Shown one piece after another: positions 1 to 12,500 of a DNA stretch of 64,000 nt. Both the position numbers and the translations under genes were made by a program. The stretch spans positions 12,920 through 76,919 of the forward strand of contig DIAR01000010.1 in the NCBI GenBank assembly GCA_002415845.1. Direction: 5' to 3'. This DNA is from Candidatus Woesebacteria bacterium UBA5073. Lineage in GTDB: Bacteria > Patescibacteriota > Microgenomatia > UBA8517. The stretch's first letter is position 1. Every line of letters begins with the position of its first letter. The notes beneath the pieces are model-generated. The model was not told the origin of the DNA. It saw only the letters and a list, made by a program, of their open reading frames with translations, and searched no databases.

Positions 1-125
1 CTTTCCTCATAAACTCTGACGGCTTGAGCCAATAAGGCTAGATTTTCTTTTTCTTCAAAACCTTTAGGCAGAGTTGTCTCTTCCAATTTAGTTCCTTTAA
101 CGGAATAGGTTATAACTTTAAGCAT
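1..125 (-). CDS. rplD: 50S ribosomal protein L4, N-terminal part (runs off window start)
   Basis: Minus-strand ATG at 125-123 translates to MLKVITYSVKGTKLEETTLPKGFEEKENLALLAQAVRVYEE, an L4-like N-terminus. It overlaps the rplC stop by 8 nt (ATGCTTAA), the usual S10-operon order. Confidence 0.6.
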   Translation of the reverse strand, partial: MLKVITYSVKGTKLEETTLPKGFEEKENLALLAQAVRVYEE

Positions 126-903
126 TGGCAACTTCCTCCTTCTTTTCTTCCGGCTTTACGGCCTGACTTCCTTCAGTTTTTACTTCACCTTCGGCTTCCG
201 GTTCACCTTCAACAATGGCGGCCTGGACTTCAACGATACCTTCCAACTTGCCTTTGGAAACTCTTTTTAAGATTAAGGGGGCTCCGGTAACTCCAGGAAC
301 AGGGCCTGATACTTCCATCTCATTTGTCTCATCGTCTAAAGACACCACCTGTAGGTTTTTAACGGTTACCCGATCACTACCCATTCTGCCGGCCATGTGT
401 TTGCCTTTGTAAATTCTACCCGGAGTTGTTCCTGCACCAATTGAACCGGGAGCTCTTTCTCGATCAGATTGTCCGTGGGTTCTGGGACCACCATGAAAAT
501 GCCACCTTTTGACGGCTCCGGCAAAACCTTTGCCTTTGGATATTCCGGTGACATTGATAACATCCCCTAAACTAAAAATATCAGAGAGGGTTATTGTGTC
601 TCCGATTTTGATAGCTTCATTTTGTTTATTTTGGGGTTCTTTATCAAACTTAACTTCGAGAAGATAGCGGGGGGCGGTATTGTTCTTAATGATGGTTTTA
701 AGATGTCCCTGAAGAGCTTTACTTACATTCTTGGTCGTCCTTTCACCTACACCCAATTGCAGGCCCCAATAGCCGTCTTTTTCCATCGTTTTAACCTGGG
801 TAACCACGCAAGGGGCAACCTTGACCTTGGTGACGGTTACTCTTCGACCCTCAACAAAGGTTTGGCTCATTTTTTCTTTTAAACCGATAATGGTATTAAG
901 CAT
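118..903 (-). CDS. rplC: 50S ribosomal protein L3 with acidic C-terminal tail
   Basis: The six-frame ORF is 118-915. ATG at 903 gives MLNTIIGLKEKMSQTF, the typical L3 start; the alternative is GTG at 915. The GISKGKGFAG...HGGPRTHGQS...GRMGSDRVTVKNL core is conserved. The C-terminus carries an EGEPEAEGEVKTEGS...KKEEVANA low-complexity tail. Confidence 0.9.
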   Translation of the reverse strand: MLNTIIGLKEKMSQTFVEGRRVTVTKVKVAPCVVTQVKTMEKDGYWGLQLGVGERTTKNVSKALQGHLKTIIKNNTAPRYLLEVKFDKEPQNKQNEAIKIGDTITLSDIFSLGDVINVTGISKGKGFAGAVKRWHFHGGPRTHGQSDRERAPGSIGAGTTPGRIYKGKHMAGRMGSDRVTVKNLQVVSLDDETNEMEVSGPVPGVTGAPLILKRVSKGKLEGIVEVQAAIVEGEPEAEGEVKTEGSQAVKPEEKKEEVANA

Positions 904-922
904 GATTTTAAGCACAAAAAAA

Positions 923-945
923 GGTGCCGGAGCACCTTACCTTCC
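923..945 (-). terminator. Short GC hairpin (ggtgc-cgga-gcacc) followed by U7 on the minus strand, about 10 nt upstream of the rplC start; possible attenuator or partial terminator between rpsJ and rplC
   Basis: Plus strand aaaaaaaggtgccggagcacctt. The minus strand reads GGTGCTCCGGCACC TTTTTTT GTG: a 5-bp stem, a 4-nt loop, then a T-run. Confidence 0.3.
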
Positions 946-1047
946 TTAGGCACTTCCTGCTTACCTTAAGTGGTTAATCTTTTAAGATCACCTCCACGAT
1001 AGGGCAAATTATAGCAAAGCTGAGGCGGGTAAGCAAGTGAGGAACCC

Positions 1048-1356
1048 TTACATCTTGATCTCGATGGAGACTCCGGCGGGAAGTTCGAGATTGGACAAGG
1101 AATCAATGGTTCTTTCGGACGGATCGACCAGGTCGATGAGCCTTTTGTGAACCAAAACTTCAAAGTGTTCCTGAGCGTCTTTATCGGTAAAAGGCGATTC
1201 TTTAACCGCCATAACCGTTCTTTTTGTGGGTAAGGGGATGGGACCGACGATTTTTGCACCCGTTGCCAGAGCTGTATCCAATATTTTAGCCGCCGCTTCG
1301 TCGAGAACGCGGTGGTCATAACTCTTTAGTTTGACTCGAAGTCTACCTGCTGGCAT
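1048..1356 (-). CDS. rpsJ: 30S ribosomal protein S10
   Basis: 102 aa. RLRVKLKSYDHRVLDEAAAKI...GPIPLPT is the canonical S10 sequence. Confidence 0.95.
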   Translation of the reverse strand: MPAGRLRVKLKSYDHRVLDEAAAKILDTALATGAKIVGPIPLPTKRTVMAVKESPFTDKDAQEHFEVLVHKRLIDLVDPSERTIDSLSNLELPAGVSIEIKM

Positions 1357-1379
1357 TTTGGGTTAAGGTACTAAAAATA

Positions 1380-2579
1380 TTAAGCAATTATTTTGGTGAT
1401 GGCTCCGGCTCCAACCGTGCTGCCACCTTCTCTGATTGCAAATCTAAAGCCTTCTTCCATGGCGACCGGTGAAATCAATTTAACTTTCATTTTGGCACTG
1501 TCTCCAGGCATAACCATTTCAATTCCTTCAGGAAGAGTCACTTCTCCTGTTATATCAGAAGTCTTAATGTAGAATTGTGGTTTGTAACCGGTAAAGAAAG
1601 GTGTATGTCGTCCACCCTCTTCTTTGGAAAGAATATAAACTTCGGCTTCAAAATCGGTGTGAGGGGTAATTGAACCCGGTTTGGCCAAGACCTGACCACG
1701 TTCAACATCGTCTTTTTCAACACCTCGAAGAAGAACTCCGACGTTGTCGCCGGCCAAAGTTTCATCCAAGGTCTTTCTGAACATCTCAAGACCGGTAACA
1801 ACCGTTTTCTTGGTGTCTTTAAGACCGACAATCTCGATTTCCTCGTTAATCTTTAAGGTTCCTCTTTCAACTCTTCCGGTCACGACCGTGCCTCGTCCTT
1901 TAATAGCAAAGACGTCTTCAACCGGCATTAAGAACGGTTTTTCAGAATCACGAACAGGATCAGGAATGTAGTTATCAACCGCATCCATCAAAGCTACGAT
2001 TTGTTTTTCGGCTTCGGCATCACCCTCCAAGGCTTTCAAGGCGGAACCCCTGATTATCGGGACTTCATCGCCAGGAAACTCGTATTTCTTTAAAAGTTCC
2101 CTGACATCGGCTTCGACCAAATCAATGATTTCTGGATCGTCAACCGTGTCAACTTTGTTTAAGAAAACAACGATAGCCGGAACATTGACCTGTCTGGCCA
2201 AAATAACGTGCTCTCTGGTTTGAGGCATTGGACCGTCGGCGGCTGAGATAACCAAAATAGCACCGTCCATTTGGGCGGCACCGGTAATCATGTTTTTGAT
2301 GTAATCAGCATGACCAGGAGCATCAATATGAGCATAATGCCTCTTGGCTGTTTCATATTCAATGTGGGAAATGTTAATCGTAACGCCTCTTTCTTTTTCT
2401 TCAGGAGCGTTATCGATTTCGTCGAACTTGTAGGCTTTGGTGTTATTACCCGGTTGCTTGGATAAAACCGTGCTGATGGCGGCGGTTAAAGTGGTTTTTC
2501 CATGATCAACATGACCAATCGTACCGACATTTACGTGTGGTTTGGTTCTGTCAAATTTTTGTTTAGCTTCGCCTGCCAT
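1380..2579 (-). CDS. tuf: Elongation factor Tu
   Basis: 399 aa. [11 protein letters not shown]1 motif, DAPGHADY and NKVD G-domain motifs, full-length EF-Tu. Confidence 0.97.
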   Translation of the reverse strand: MAGEAKQKFDRTKPHVNVGTIGHVDHGKTTLTAAISTVLSKQPGNNTKAYKFDEIDNAPEEKERGVTINISHIEYETAKRHYAHIDAPGHADYIKNMITGAAQMDGAILVISAADGPMPQTREHVILARQVNVPAIVVFLNKVDTVDDPEIIDLVEADVRELLKKYEFPGDEVPIIRGSALKALEGDAEAEKQIVALMDAVDNYIPDPVRDSEKPFLMPVEDVFAIKGRGTVVTGRVERGTLKINEEIEIVGLKDTKKTVVTGLEMFRKTLDETLAGDNVGVLLRGVEKDDVERGQVLAKPGSITPHTDFEAEVYILSKEEGGRHTPFFTGYKPQFYIKTSDITGEVTLPEGIEMVMPGDSAKMKVKLISPVAMEEGFRFAIREGGSTVGAGAITKIIA

Positions 2580-2683
2580 GATAGTGTATTATAATATCTT
2601 TCCTTTAAAGAAACAAGGGCACTAAAAGCCCTTACTAACTCATATTATAGCCAAGGCTAATTGTGCCTGTCAAGAAGAGGTTT

Positions 2684-4855
2684 TTACTGTCCCCTTGCCA
2701 TGACCACCTTGCCGGCTTTGGCCACAATACCTTCGGTAATATTCTTCGGAACTTCCTCATAGTGGGACGGCTCCATATAGTATGAAGCCCTGCCTTGAGA
2801 AAGAGATCTTAACTTCGTTGCATAACCGGACAGTTCGGCCAAAGGAGCCTGGGCGTTGATAATCGTCATCATGCCCTTCTTTTCCGTTCCCTGGATTTGA
2901 GCTCTCTTGGATGATAAATCACCAATGACATCACCCATAAATTCCTCTGGTGTTGAAACTTCAACCTTCATCACCGGCTCCAAAAGAATCATGTCGGCTC
3001 TTCTGGCCGCTTCTTCCAGTGCCAAGGATCCGGCAATCTTAAAGGCTATTTCTGAAGAATCAACATCATGGAAAGAACCGTCAAAGACGGCTACTTTCAT
3101 ATCAACCATCGGGAAACCGGCCAAAATACCGTTTTCCATCTTTTCTTTGACACCTTTTTCAATCGGTGAAATAAATTCCTGAGGAATGGCTCCACCTTTG
3201 ATTTCGCTTTTAAATTCAAAGCCTTCTCCTCGTCCTTTAGGTTCAATTCTGAGTAAACAATGTCCATACTGTCCCCGGCCTCCGGTTTGTCTGATATATT
3301 TACCTTCTCCTTCGGCAATCTTTTTGATTGTTTCTTTATAAGCAACCTGGGGCGCACCGGTTGTAGCTTCAACGTTAAATTCCCGCTTCATCCGGTCAAC
3401 CAAAACTTCCAGTTGTAATTCCCCCATTCCGGCAATAATCGTTTGTCCGGTTTCCTGATTGGATTTAATCCTGAAGGTCGGATCCTCATCAGATAATTTC
3501 CCTAAAGCGATACCCATCTTCTCCTGATCGGATTTGGTTGCCGGCTCAATGGCCAACGAGATAACCGGTTCGGGAAAATTAATCGATTCCAAAGTAATTA
3601 GATGCCCCGGATCGCAAACCGTATCTCCGGTGGTAGTTTCTTTAATACCGACCGCAGCCACGATTTCTCCGGCAAAAGCCGTTTCAATCAATTCTCTTTG
3701 ATCGGCATGCAAAAGGACCAATTTTCCGATTCTTTCTTCTTTTTGCCTGGTGGCATTGTAAATAACCTGACCGGATGACAGTTTGCCAGAGTAAATTCTC
3801 AAATAAACCAAACGGCCGACATGCGGATCGGTCATAACTTTAAAAGCCAAACCTGAAAAAGGAGCTTCATTTTTTCTTTCCCGAACTGCTTTCTCCCCGG
3901 TTTTGGTGTCAATTCCCTCAACAGCCGGTAAATCCAAAGGTGAAGGCAGAAATTCAACGACACCGTTTAAAAGAAGTTGAGCTTCGGCCGTTCTGTTGTC
4001 GCCACCGAAAATCGGGAAGAATTTGCCGGAAATAACGCCTTTTCGAATGGCGCCTTTAAGCTCGTCATCGGTTGGTTCCTGGCCTTCCAGGTATTTATTT
4101 AAGGTTACATCATCATATTCGGACACTTTTTCAATTAAAAGGTGGCGGTATTTTTTGGCTTCCTCTAAAAACTCAGCCGGAATTTCTTCCTCAGTTAAGG
4201 CTGCATCCTCAACGGCTTTATAAGTTAAAGCCTTCATCTTAATTAAATCAACCACACCCCGGTGTTCATGTTCCTGGCCAATCGGAATAATAACCGGTGC
4301 GGCATTGGCGCCTAATCTTTCCTTAATTGATTTAAGGCTGCCTTCAAAATCGGCCCCGATCAGATTTAATTTGTTCAAAACACAGATTCTGGGAACATTG
4401 TAGCGGTCGGCCTGTCGCCAAACGGTTTCCGATTGGGATTCAACTCCGGTTCGACCGTCAAAAACCATGATGGCGCCGTCCAAAACCCTCAAAGATCTTT
4501 CGACTTCAGCCGTAAAATCAATGTGTCCCGGGGTATCGATAATATTAATTCGGTAATGACCTTCGGGAACGGATGAAGCTTTCTTTAAATCCCAAAAAGT
4601 GGTGATAGCGGCCGAAACAATCGTAATTCCTCTTTCTCGCTCTTGTGCCATCCAGTCGGTAACGGTCGTTCCCTCGTCAACCGAACCTTGTTTGTAGGTT
4701 TTTCCGGTTTCAAAAAGAATTCGCTCTGTAGTGGTTGTTTTTCCGGCGTCGATATGGGCAATAATCCCGATGTTTCTGATTCTTTCCAAAGGAACTTCAC
4801 GATCCTTAGTGATCGTCATGACCATTGCCGATTTTTTCTTTTGTACTTCTGCCAT
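2684..4855 (-). CDS. fusA: Elongation factor G
   Basis: 723 aa. [20 protein letters not shown], and EF-G domains III-V are conserved. Confidence 0.97.
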   Translation of the reverse strand: MAEVQKKKSAMVMTITKDREVPLERIRNIGIIAHIDAGKTTTTERILFETGKTYKQGSVDEGTTVTDWMAQERERGITIVSAAITTFWDLKKASSVPEGHYRINIIDTPGHIDFTAEVERSLRVLDGAIMVFDGRTGVESQSETVWRQADRYNVPRICVLNKLNLIGADFEGSLKSIKERLGANAAPVIIPIGQEHEHRGVVDLIKMKALTYKAVEDAALTEEEIPAEFLEEAKKYRHLLIEKVSEYDDVTLNKYLEGQEPTDDELKGAIRKGVISGKFFPIFGGDNRTAEAQLLLNGVVEFLPSPLDLPAVEGIDTKTGEKAVRERKNEAPFSGLAFKVMTDPHVGRLVYLRIYSGKLSSGQVIYNATRQKEERIGKLVLLHADQRELIETAFAGEIVAAVGIKETTTGDTVCDPGHLITLESINFPEPVISLAIEPATKSDQEKMGIALGKLSDEDPTFRIKSNQETGQTIIAGMGELQLEVLVDRMKREFNVEATTGAPQVAYKETIKKIAEGEGKYIRQTGGRGQYGHCLLRIEPKGRGEGFEFKSEIKGGAIPQEFISPIEKGVKEKMENGILAGFPMVDMKVAVFDGSFHDVDSSEIAFKIAGSLALEEAARRADMILLEPVMKVEVSTPEEFMGDVIGDLSSKRAQIQGTEKKGMMTIINAQAPLAELSGYATKLRSLSQGRASYYMEPSHYEEVPKNITEGIVAKAGKVVMARGQ

Positions 4856-4884
4856 TGTTCTATTCTATAAAAGGTGAATTATCT

Positions 4885-5364
4885 TTACCACCTGAAGTGG
4901 GCAAAAGCCCGATTGGCTTCGGCCATTTTTTCCATTTCCAGTCTTTTCTTAACGGCAGCCCCCTCACCTTTTTGGGCATCAATTATCTCGGCCGCCAATT
5001 TGGCAGCAAAAGTGTGGTATTCCGAATTGCTTCTGGCCCTGGCGGCTATAATCAACCATCTTAAGGCTAAAGAATCCCTTCTTTCTCCCCGGACACTCAT
5101 CGGGACCTGATAGGCGGCACCGCCGACTCTTCGGGGCCTGACTTCCATCGTCGGTCTGATTTTTTCCATGGCTTCATCAAAAACCTTTGTTGGCTCTTCT
5201 TTGGTTTTTTCGGCGATCAGCTCAAAAGCACCGTAAACTTCTTTTTGGGCAACCGATTTCTTGCCATCATGCATCGTCCGGTTAATAAGCTTGGTCACTA
5301 CTTTGCTTTTATAAATCGGGTCAACTTCAACGTCTCTGACTCGTGCTTGTCCACGTCTGGCCAT
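4885..5364 (-). CDS. rpsG: 30S ribosomal protein S7
   Basis: 159 aa. Typical S7 sequence (KLINRTMHDGKKSVAQK...AAYQVPMSVRGERR). Confidence 0.95.
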   Translation of the reverse strand: MARRGQARVRDVEVDPIYKSKVVTKLINRTMHDGKKSVAQKEVYGAFELIAEKTKEEPTKVFDEAMEKIRPTMEVRPRRVGGAAYQVPMSVRGERRDSLALRWLIIAARARSNSEYHTFAAKLAAEIIDAQKGEGAAVKKRLEMEKMAEANRAFAHFRW

Positions 5365-5367
5365 ATT

Positions 5368-5826
5368 TTACGGTGTAACCGGTGCTTCAGCGGCCGGAGC
5401 GGCTGCTTTTTTCGGTGCACTTCCTTTCTTTGTTCCATAACGGCTTCGACCCTGTTGTCGGCCAACCACACCCGTCGTGTCAAATTTACCCCGAACGACA
5501 TGGTATTTAACACCCGGTAAGTCTTTAACCCTTCCACCCCTGACCATGACAATTGAATGTTCGGCCAATTCATGACCTTCACCCATGATGTAGGCGGTAA
5601 TTTCCTGTTTATTGGATAATCTGACTCTGGCCACTTTCCGCAAAGCGGAATTTGGTTTCTTCGGGGTCATCGTTCTGACAGAAAGAACAACTCCTCTTTT
5701 AAACGGAGAGGACTGCTCGGAAAACTTTCGTTCTCTGGCATTAAACCACTTGCTCAAAGAGACGGTCTTTTTCTTTTTGAGAATTCTTTTTCGGCCTTTT
5801 CTGACTAATTGTGAGACGGTTGGCAT
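5368..5826 (-). CDS. rpsL: 30S ribosomal protein S12, with an N-terminal insertion and an Ala/Pro-rich C-terminal extension
   Basis: 152 aa. [12 protein letters not shown]...[20 protein letters not shown]...[19 protein letters not shown] is the S12 core. There is an extra K-rich segment after the N-terminus and a [18 protein letters not shown] tail. Confidence 0.93.
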   Translation of the reverse strand: MPTVSQLVRKGRKRILKKKKTVSLSKWFNARERKFSEQSSPFKRGVVLSVRTMTPKKPNSALRKVARVRLSNKQEITAYIMGEGHELAEHSIVMVRGGRVKDLPGVKYHVVRGKFDTTGVVGRQQGRSRYGTKKGSAPKKAAAPAAEAPVTP

Positions 5827-5834
5827 AAAAATTA

Positions 5835-8800
5835 TTATATCTTACCTTCGGCAATCTTGGCCCGATCATAACTGACAGGAATCAACCTGCCGATAATAAC
5901 GTTCTCTTTAAGACCGACCAACCTGTCTTCTTTACCCTGAAGGGCGGCGTTGGCCAAAACATCGGTGGTTTGTTCAAATGATGCGGCCGACAGCCAGCTT
6001 TCGGTATATAAGGCACGTCTGGTGATGCCTAAAACAACCTGTTGAGCCGAAGCCGGTTCACCGCCAGCAGCCAACACTCTTTCGTTTTCTTCTTCAAAGG
6101 AAGCTTTGTCGGTTAAATCACTCGGTAAGAAATGAGTATCACCCGGTGTAACAATTCTGACCTCATCGCTCATTTTTCGGATAATCGTTTCAAAATGGCG
6201 ATCGTTAATCGGAATTCCCTGAGATTCATAAACTTTTTGGATTTCGTTAACAACATATTCTTGGGAAGCTCTTAAACCTTTAATCGAAAGGATTTCTTTG
6301 ATATCTAAGGCTCCGGCCGCCAGTTGAGCTCCGGCTTCAATTAATTGTTTATCTTCAACCGCCAGTTTAATCGTTTTGGGAATAATGTATTCTCTTTCCT
6401 CTTTTGGTTTGGTATTAACCGAGGTAACGGTTACTTTCCAACCCTCATCGGTTTCAAGAACTTTAACTTTTCCGGAAATTTCGGATAAGGGGGACAAGAC
6501 TTTCGGAATTCTGGCTTCAAATAATTCTTCCACCCGGGGAAGTCCCTGGGTCACGTCAAGACCGATAATTCCTCCCATGTGTTTGGTCTTTAAGGTCAAC
6601 TGTGTTCCCGGTTCTCCAATTGACTGGGCGGCAATAACCCCAACAGGAGTACCTATTTCAACCATCTTTTTATTTGACAAATCCAAACCGTAACAGGCGG
6701 CACACATACCGTATCTGGAAGTACAGGTTAAGGGCGATCTGATAATAACTTCAGCGATACCGTCAAGGTCGATTTGGTTGGCTTTGACTTCATCAATCAA
6801 TCCATCTTTTTCAACAATTACTTTTTTACTCTTGGGAGAAATAATCTCGTTTAGGGAAATTCGGCCAACGATTCTTTGCACAAAGCTGGCTGATCGGATA
6901 GACTTTTTAATAACCAAGCCTTCTTTGGTACCGCAGTCATATTGCCTGACAATCAAGTCGTGCGCCACATCGACCAATCTTCGGGTCAAATATCCGGCAT
7001 CGGCTGTCTTAATGGCCGTATCAGTTAAACCTTTTCTGGAACCTCTTGAGGAGGTAACGTATTCAAAAACCGAAAGACCTTCTCTAAAATTAGCCTTAAT
7101 CGGCAATTCGACAATTTTGCCTAAGGGGTCAACAATCAAACCTCTCATGGCGGCCAATTGTTTAACCTGATCCTTTGAAGCACGTCCGACCTTGGCTTCA
7201 ATAACCACCTTGATTGGTGAATTTTTGTCCATTGCCTCCCAGGTTTTGTCGGCCAAATCTTCAGAGACTTCAATCCAAACTTCCTGCGAAAGTCGTTTCT
7301 TTTCTTCAGCCGTAATCAAACCGGTGGCAAAATTATTTTCAATCTCAGAAACCCGATTTTCGGCCAACTTAATCAATTGGGCCTTTTCGGGTAAAACCTT
7401 GGCATCGAAAATACCAAAGGAAATACCGGATAAAGTACAACCGAAAAAGCCAAGCTGTTTAATAGCATCAATCATTTCAACAACCCTTTCTTTCGAAACA
7501 ACCGAATAGGCTTTGGTAAATAAAGTTTTAATAATCGTGGACGTAACCTGTTCATTAACAAAGTCAAAACTTTCGGGTAAAACTTCATTGAAAAGAACCC
7601 GACCGGCCGTGGTTTCGATAATTTTTCCGCCCAGGCGAACATTTATTTTTTGACGGGGATGAATTCTTCCCGTTTGATAGGCAAAAACAACTTCCTCTTT
7701 GTCGGCAAAAGTACCTTTATAAGCTTCGATTCTTGAATCCTCGCTGGTTAAATAGAACACACCCAAAGCCATTTCTTTGGAAGCCGGAGTTGAAACCGGT
7801 GCGCCGTCGGACGGTCTTAAAAGATTATGTTCCGGTAGCATCAGGTTCTTGGCTTCATCAATCGCTTTTTGCGATAAAGGAACATGAACGGCCATTTGGT
7901 CTCCGTCAAAGTCGGCATTGAAACCGGCACAGACGGCGGGATGAAGTCTGATGGCATTTCCTTCAATCAATAAAGGATAGAAAGCCTGCATGGAAAGCTT
8001 ATGTAAGGTCGGAGCACGGTTAAGAATAACCGGATGATTTTGGGTAATTTCTTCCAAGATATCAAAGACTTCGGGCGGACGTCTATCAAGCATGTTTTTG
8101 GCACTTCGAACGTTCGGGGCAATACCACGGGTTATCATCTCCCGCAAAACAAAAGGCTTAAACATTTCCAAGGCCATTTCCTTAGGCAAACCACATTGGG
8201 AAATCTTTAATTCCGGTCCAACGATAATAACAGAACGGCCCGAATAATCGACTCTTTTACCCAATAAGTTTTGTCTGAAACGTCCCTGTTTTCCACGAAG
8301 CATATCGGAAAGAGATCGAAGAGTCTGTTTGCCCCTGCCTCTTCTGACGGCTTTTCTTTGTGATGCATCGACCAAAGAATCAACGGCTTCCTGAAGCATT
8401 CTTTTTTCATTTCTCAAAATAATCTCCGGAGCACCCAAAGAAATTAAGTGTTTCAGACGGTTGTTGCGGTTAATTACCCTTCGGTAAAGATCATTTAAGT
8501 CGGAGGTGGCAAACCTGCCTCCCGACAACTGAACCATTGGTCGCAAGTCCGGAGGAAGTACCGGTAAAACTCTAAGAACCATCCAGGACGGATTAATCTT
8601 GGCTCTTTTCAAACCATCGGCCAATTTTAATCTCTTGGCCAATTTAACAAACTTGGCGCTTGAACCTTTGGTTTCTTCGATTTCCTTTCGCAAGGAAACA
8701 ACCAATTCTTCAACGTTAATTTTTTCGATAGCTGAAAGGACGGCATCGGCGCCCATCTTGGCGGTCACAAAGTCGGTGGCATCATAGTTAGCCAAACCGT

Positions 8801-9563
8801 CATATTCTTCTTCGGATAAAACGGAAAGAACGGCTACATTCTTAACAATGGAGGTTAAATTTTCAAAAACCTGACCGGTTTTATCCAAAGTGCTCTTTTC
8901 TTCCTCGGAAAGGGCCGTTTCTTTCTTCCTTAAATCCAAATCAACTTCCGACTTGGCCAGGGCCAATTGTTCTTTGTCTTTAATTTTGGCCGTAATTTTT
9001 TCTTTGGCTTCCTTTGATTCCGTTCCCAAAATCTCTTTGCGGGTTTTGAACTCTTCGTTGATTTCGGTAAATCTTTCGTCACAAACTTTTTGTAGGGCTT
9101 TAATGGTTTCTTTTCTCTTCTCTTCATCAACGGCCGTAACCAAATAACGGGCAAAATAAATAACCTGCTCGATGGCTCTGGGCGGAATACCCAAAATCAA
9201 AGAAATCTTGGAAGGTGCTCCTTTGAAAAACCAAACATGGGCAACCGGGGTGGCTAAGGTAATATGCCCCATTCTTTCCCGTCTGACTCTGGATTGAGTT
9301 ACCTCAACACCGCATTTATCACAAACCACTCCCTTATATCTGATCCTTTTGTATTTGCCGCAGTAACATTCCCAATCCTTGGTCGGACCAAAGATGCGTT
9401 CATCAAAAAGACCGTCTTTTTCCGGCTTTAAGGTTCGGTAATTAATTGTTTCCGGTTTGGTTACCTCACCACGCGACCAGGCCCTGATATCCTCCGGGGA
9501 GGCCAAGGTAATAACCAAACTCTTAAAATCGGCTAATGTTTTCAAATCTGATAATGGTTCCAT
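5835..9563 (-). CDS. rpoC: DNA-directed RNA polymerase subunit beta-prime
   Basis: 1242 aa. Zn-binding [27 protein letters not shown] catalytic motif, trigger loop and bridge helix are present. The start lies 2 nt after the rpoB stop (TAA-AT-ATG). Confidence 0.97.
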   Translation of the reverse strand: MEPLSDLKTLADFKSLVITLASPEDIRAWSRGEVTKPETINYRTLKPEKDGLFDERIFGPTKDWECYCGKYKRIRYKGVVCDKCGVEVTQSRVRRERMGHITLATPVAHVWFFKGAPSKISLILGIPPRAIEQVIYFARYLVTAVDEEKRKETIKALQKVCDERFTEINEEFKTRKEILGTESKEAKEKITAKIKDKEQLALAKSEVDLDLRKKETALSEEEKSTLDKTGQVFENLTSIVKNVAVLSVLSEEEYDGLANYDATDFVTAKMGADAVLSAIEKINVEELVVSLRKEIEETKGSSAKFVKLAKRLKLADGLKRAKINPSWMVLRVLPVLPPDLRPMVQLSGGRFATSDLNDLYRRVINRNNRLKHLISLGAPEIILRNEKRMLQEAVDSLVDASQRKAVRRGRGKQTLRSLSDMLRGKQGRFRQNLLGKRVDYSGRSVIIVGPELKISQCGLPKEMALEMFKPFVLREMITRGIAPNVRSAKNMLDRRPPEVFDILEEITQNHPVILNRAPTLHKLSMQAFYPLLIEGNAIRLHPAVCAGFNADFDGDQMAVHVPLSQKAIDEAKNLMLPEHNLLRPSDGAPVSTPASKEMALGVFYLTSEDSRIEAYKGTFADKEEVVFAYQTGRIHPRQKINVRLGGKIIETTAGRVLFNEVLPESFDFVNEQVTSTIIKTLFTKAYSVVSKERVVEMIDAIKQLGFFGCTLSGISFGIFDAKVLPEKAQLIKLAENRVSEIENNFATGLITAEEKKRLSQEVWIEVSEDLADKTWEAMDKNSPIKVVIEAKVGRASKDQVKQLAAMRGLIVDPLGKIVELPIKANFREGLSVFEYVTSSRGSRKGLTDTAIKTADAGYLTRRLVDVAHDLIVRQYDCGTKEGLVIKKSIRSASFVQRIVGRISLNEIISPKSKKVIVEKDGLIDEVKANQIDLDGIAEVIIRSPLTCTSRYGMCAACYGLDLSNKKMVEIGTPVGVIAAQSIGEPGTQLTLKTKHMGGIIGLDVTQGLPRVEELFEARIPKVLSPLSEISGKVKVLETDEGWKVTVTSVNTKPKEEREYIIPKTIKLAVEDKQLIEAGAQLAAGALDIKEILSIKGLRASQEYVVNEIQKVYESQGIPINDRHFETIIRKMSDEVRIVTPGDTHFLPSDLTDKASFEEENERVLAAGGEPASAQQVVLGITRRALYTESWLSAASFEQTTDVLANAALQGKEDRLVGLKENVIIGRLIPVSYDRAKIAEGKI

Positions 9564-9565
9564 AT

Positions 9566-12500
9566 TTATTCAGCTTTCTCTGCAACGACTGGTTCTTCAA
9601 TTTCCATCGGACCTTCCGATTTTACCAGTTCTTCAGTGGCAATGATTTCAGCACCCGCAGCGACGGCTAATTCCTGCCCTTTTTCCACGTTTTCTTCATC
9701 TTCTTTGGCAACCACGGCTCCTTTGGCATCAACCAAAAGACCCAAAGAGTTTAATTCTCTGATCAAAACCTTAAAAGATTCCGGAACGGTGGCTTCAGGA
9801 ATATCCACACCTTTAACAATTGACTCGAAAGCTTTGGCCCGGCCTAAGACATCGTCTGATTTAATGGTCAACATTTCCTGCAAAATATAAGGGGCACGGT
9901 GTGCTTCCAAGGCCCAGACTTCCATTTCTCCGAGTCTTTGACCTCCCATTTGAGCTTTTCCGCCCAACGGCTGTTGAGTAACCAAAGAGTATGGACCGGT
10001 TGAACGGGCGTGAGTTTTATCTTCAACCATGTGGATAAGCTTCATGATGTAACCAATTCCGACAACTGTTTCTTCCTTAAAAGGTTCTCCGGTTCGGCCG
10101 TCAATCAACCTGGTCTTTCCGGATACCGGCAACCCGGCCTTTTTAAGTTGGTCGGAAATTAAATCTTCGGGAAGCTTGTCAAAAACCGGCAAACCGCCCT
10201 TTTCGTTCCCTTTGGATAAAGCCCAACCCAAGTGACACTCTAAAAGTTGTCCCAGGTTCATACGAGCCAAAACGGATAAGGGAGAAATAATAATATCAAT
10301 CGGTGTTCCGTCTTCCATATAAGGCATATTGGCCAGAGGCATAATCTTGGCGATAACGCCTTTATTGCCATGTCTGCCGGCGACTTTGTCTCCGACGGTA
10401 ATCTTTCTCATTTGGGCAACTCTGACAATCACTTTTTTGATAACTCCGGGGCCCAGCTCATCACCATTGTCTTTATCCAAAATCCGAACATCAACCACAA
10501 TACCCTTCTCACCATGAGGAATTCGAAGCGAAGTGTCTCTGACTTCCCTGGCTTTTTCACCGAAAATGGCTCTCAAAAGTCGCTCTTCAGAGGTTAATTC
10601 CGTTTCCCCTTTGGGAGCAATTTTTCCAACCAAAATATCATTTGGTCCGACTTCGGCACCGACAACGACAATTCCGTCTTCAGCTAAATTAGATAGCTCT
10701 GTTTCGGCTACATTGGGAATATCCCGGGTCAGTTCTTCCGGACCCAGCTTGGTATCAACGACATCGGCTTCGTATTCTTCAATATGAATTGAGGTTAAAA
10801 GGTCATCTTTAACCAACCTGTCCGAAACCATAATGGCGTCTTCAAAACCATATCCACTGTAGGACATATAACCGATTACCATGTTTCGGCCTAAAGAAAG
10901 CTCTCCGCCTTCAATAGCCGGTCCGTCGGCCAAAATATCGCCTTCTTTAACTTTTTGTCCTTCGGCCACGGTGGTTTTTTGGTTATAGCAGGTTGAATGG
11001 GCGGTTCTTTTGAATTTAGTCAAATGATAAACTTCGGTTTTGCCGTCGTCTTTAACTTCCGTATCTTCATAAGTCACATCATCCGTCTTTTTATCCAATT
11101 TAACTTCAATTCTTTCTCCGTCGGCAAAGACAACTTTTCCGGCGTGTCTGGCGGTTGTTACCCGACCCATCCCTTTGGCAATTTCGCTTTCAATACCTGT
11201 TCCAACCACCGGTGATTCAGGATTAACCAAAGGTACCGATTGACATTGCATGTTCGAACCCATTAAAGCTCGGTTACCTTCGTCGTGTGAGAGGAAAGGA
11301 ATAAGGGAAGCCGAAGCTCCAACCACCTGTCTCGGGGTAACATCGATATAGTCGATTAAATCGGCCGGCCCTTCGGTAAAAACACCCTTGTAACGGAAAG
11401 GAACTCTTTCGTCCAAAACCATACCGTCCGCATCAATGTTGATACCGGAATGGGTAATATGGAAATTTTCCTCATCGTCGGCTGCCAAGTAAACAATATC
11501 ATCCAAAATCTTAACCGAGGTCTTTTTGCCTTTTTGGATCTTTTCGACTTTGCGATAAGGGGTTTCGATAAAACCGAATTCATTAACCTTGGCATAAAGA
11601 GCCAAATAAGTAACCAAACCGATATTCGGTCCTTCGGGGGATCTGACCGGATCGATTTTACCGTATTGGGATGAATTAACGTCACGGATGGAGAATGAGG
11701 CTCTTTCCCGATTGATTCCGCCCTGTCCCAAAACCGAAACACGTCTTAAGTTGTCGATTTCCGATAAGGGATTAGTGTCGTCCAAAATGGTCGACAGCTG
11801 ATTTGAACGGAAAAATTCGTTTAAGGAAGCAATCAAAGGCCTGGCATTAATCAAATTAGCAGGTAGTGGTTTATCATCGGGTGAAATAAGGCTCATCTTT
11901 TCCTTAACCGATCTCTCCAACCTTAAAAGTCCGATTCTGAAAGCGTTAACAGCCACTAATTCTCCGACTCTTCTCAATCTTCGGTTGGCCAAATGATCAA
12001 TGTCGTCAACCCTGCCAATACCGTTTTGAAGTCCAATTAAGTATTTAAGGGTTTCGATAATGTCCTGTTTGGTCAAAATCCAGGTTGATTTCTCGTTCGG
12101 AAGAGTTAAGGATAGTCTTTTGTTAATCTTATATCTGCCAACTTTACCCAAATCATAACGCCTGGAATCAAAAAAGAGGGAATCAAAAAGGCTTTCGGCA
12201 TTTTCTAAAATAGCCGGTTCCCCGGGGCGCATCTTTCGGTAAATTTCCAAAATAGCGTCTTCCTGGCCTTTGGATGAATCTTTCGTGATAGTGGCGTTAA
12301 TGTATTTATGTTGGGCATCTTTATCGACATCTTTAAAGTAATTTAAAAGTTCACTGTCCGATTCAACACCCATGGCCCGAAGAAGGGCGGTAGCCGAGAC
12401 TTTTCTTTTTCTGTCGATTCTGGCGGCAATAACATCATTCCTGCCAACTTCAAATTCAAGCCAGGAACCATGAAGGGGTCTAACTTCTGCTTTATAAAGA

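Noticed and set aside
2580-2683. TTGACA and TATAAT-like hexamers upstream of tuf on the minus strand, and a 6-bp hairpin aagggc/gccctt
   Set aside because: The two hexamers are about 70 nt apart, so they are not a -35/-10 pair. The hairpin is short and lacks a clean U-tract. I cannot support a promoter or terminator call here.
8930-9154. 74-aa K/R-rich ORF inside rpoC in an alternate frame, and similar short ORFs inside tuf, fusA and rpoB
   Set aside because: They are embedded in high-confidence essential CDSs and have no conservation signal. They are typical six-frame noise.
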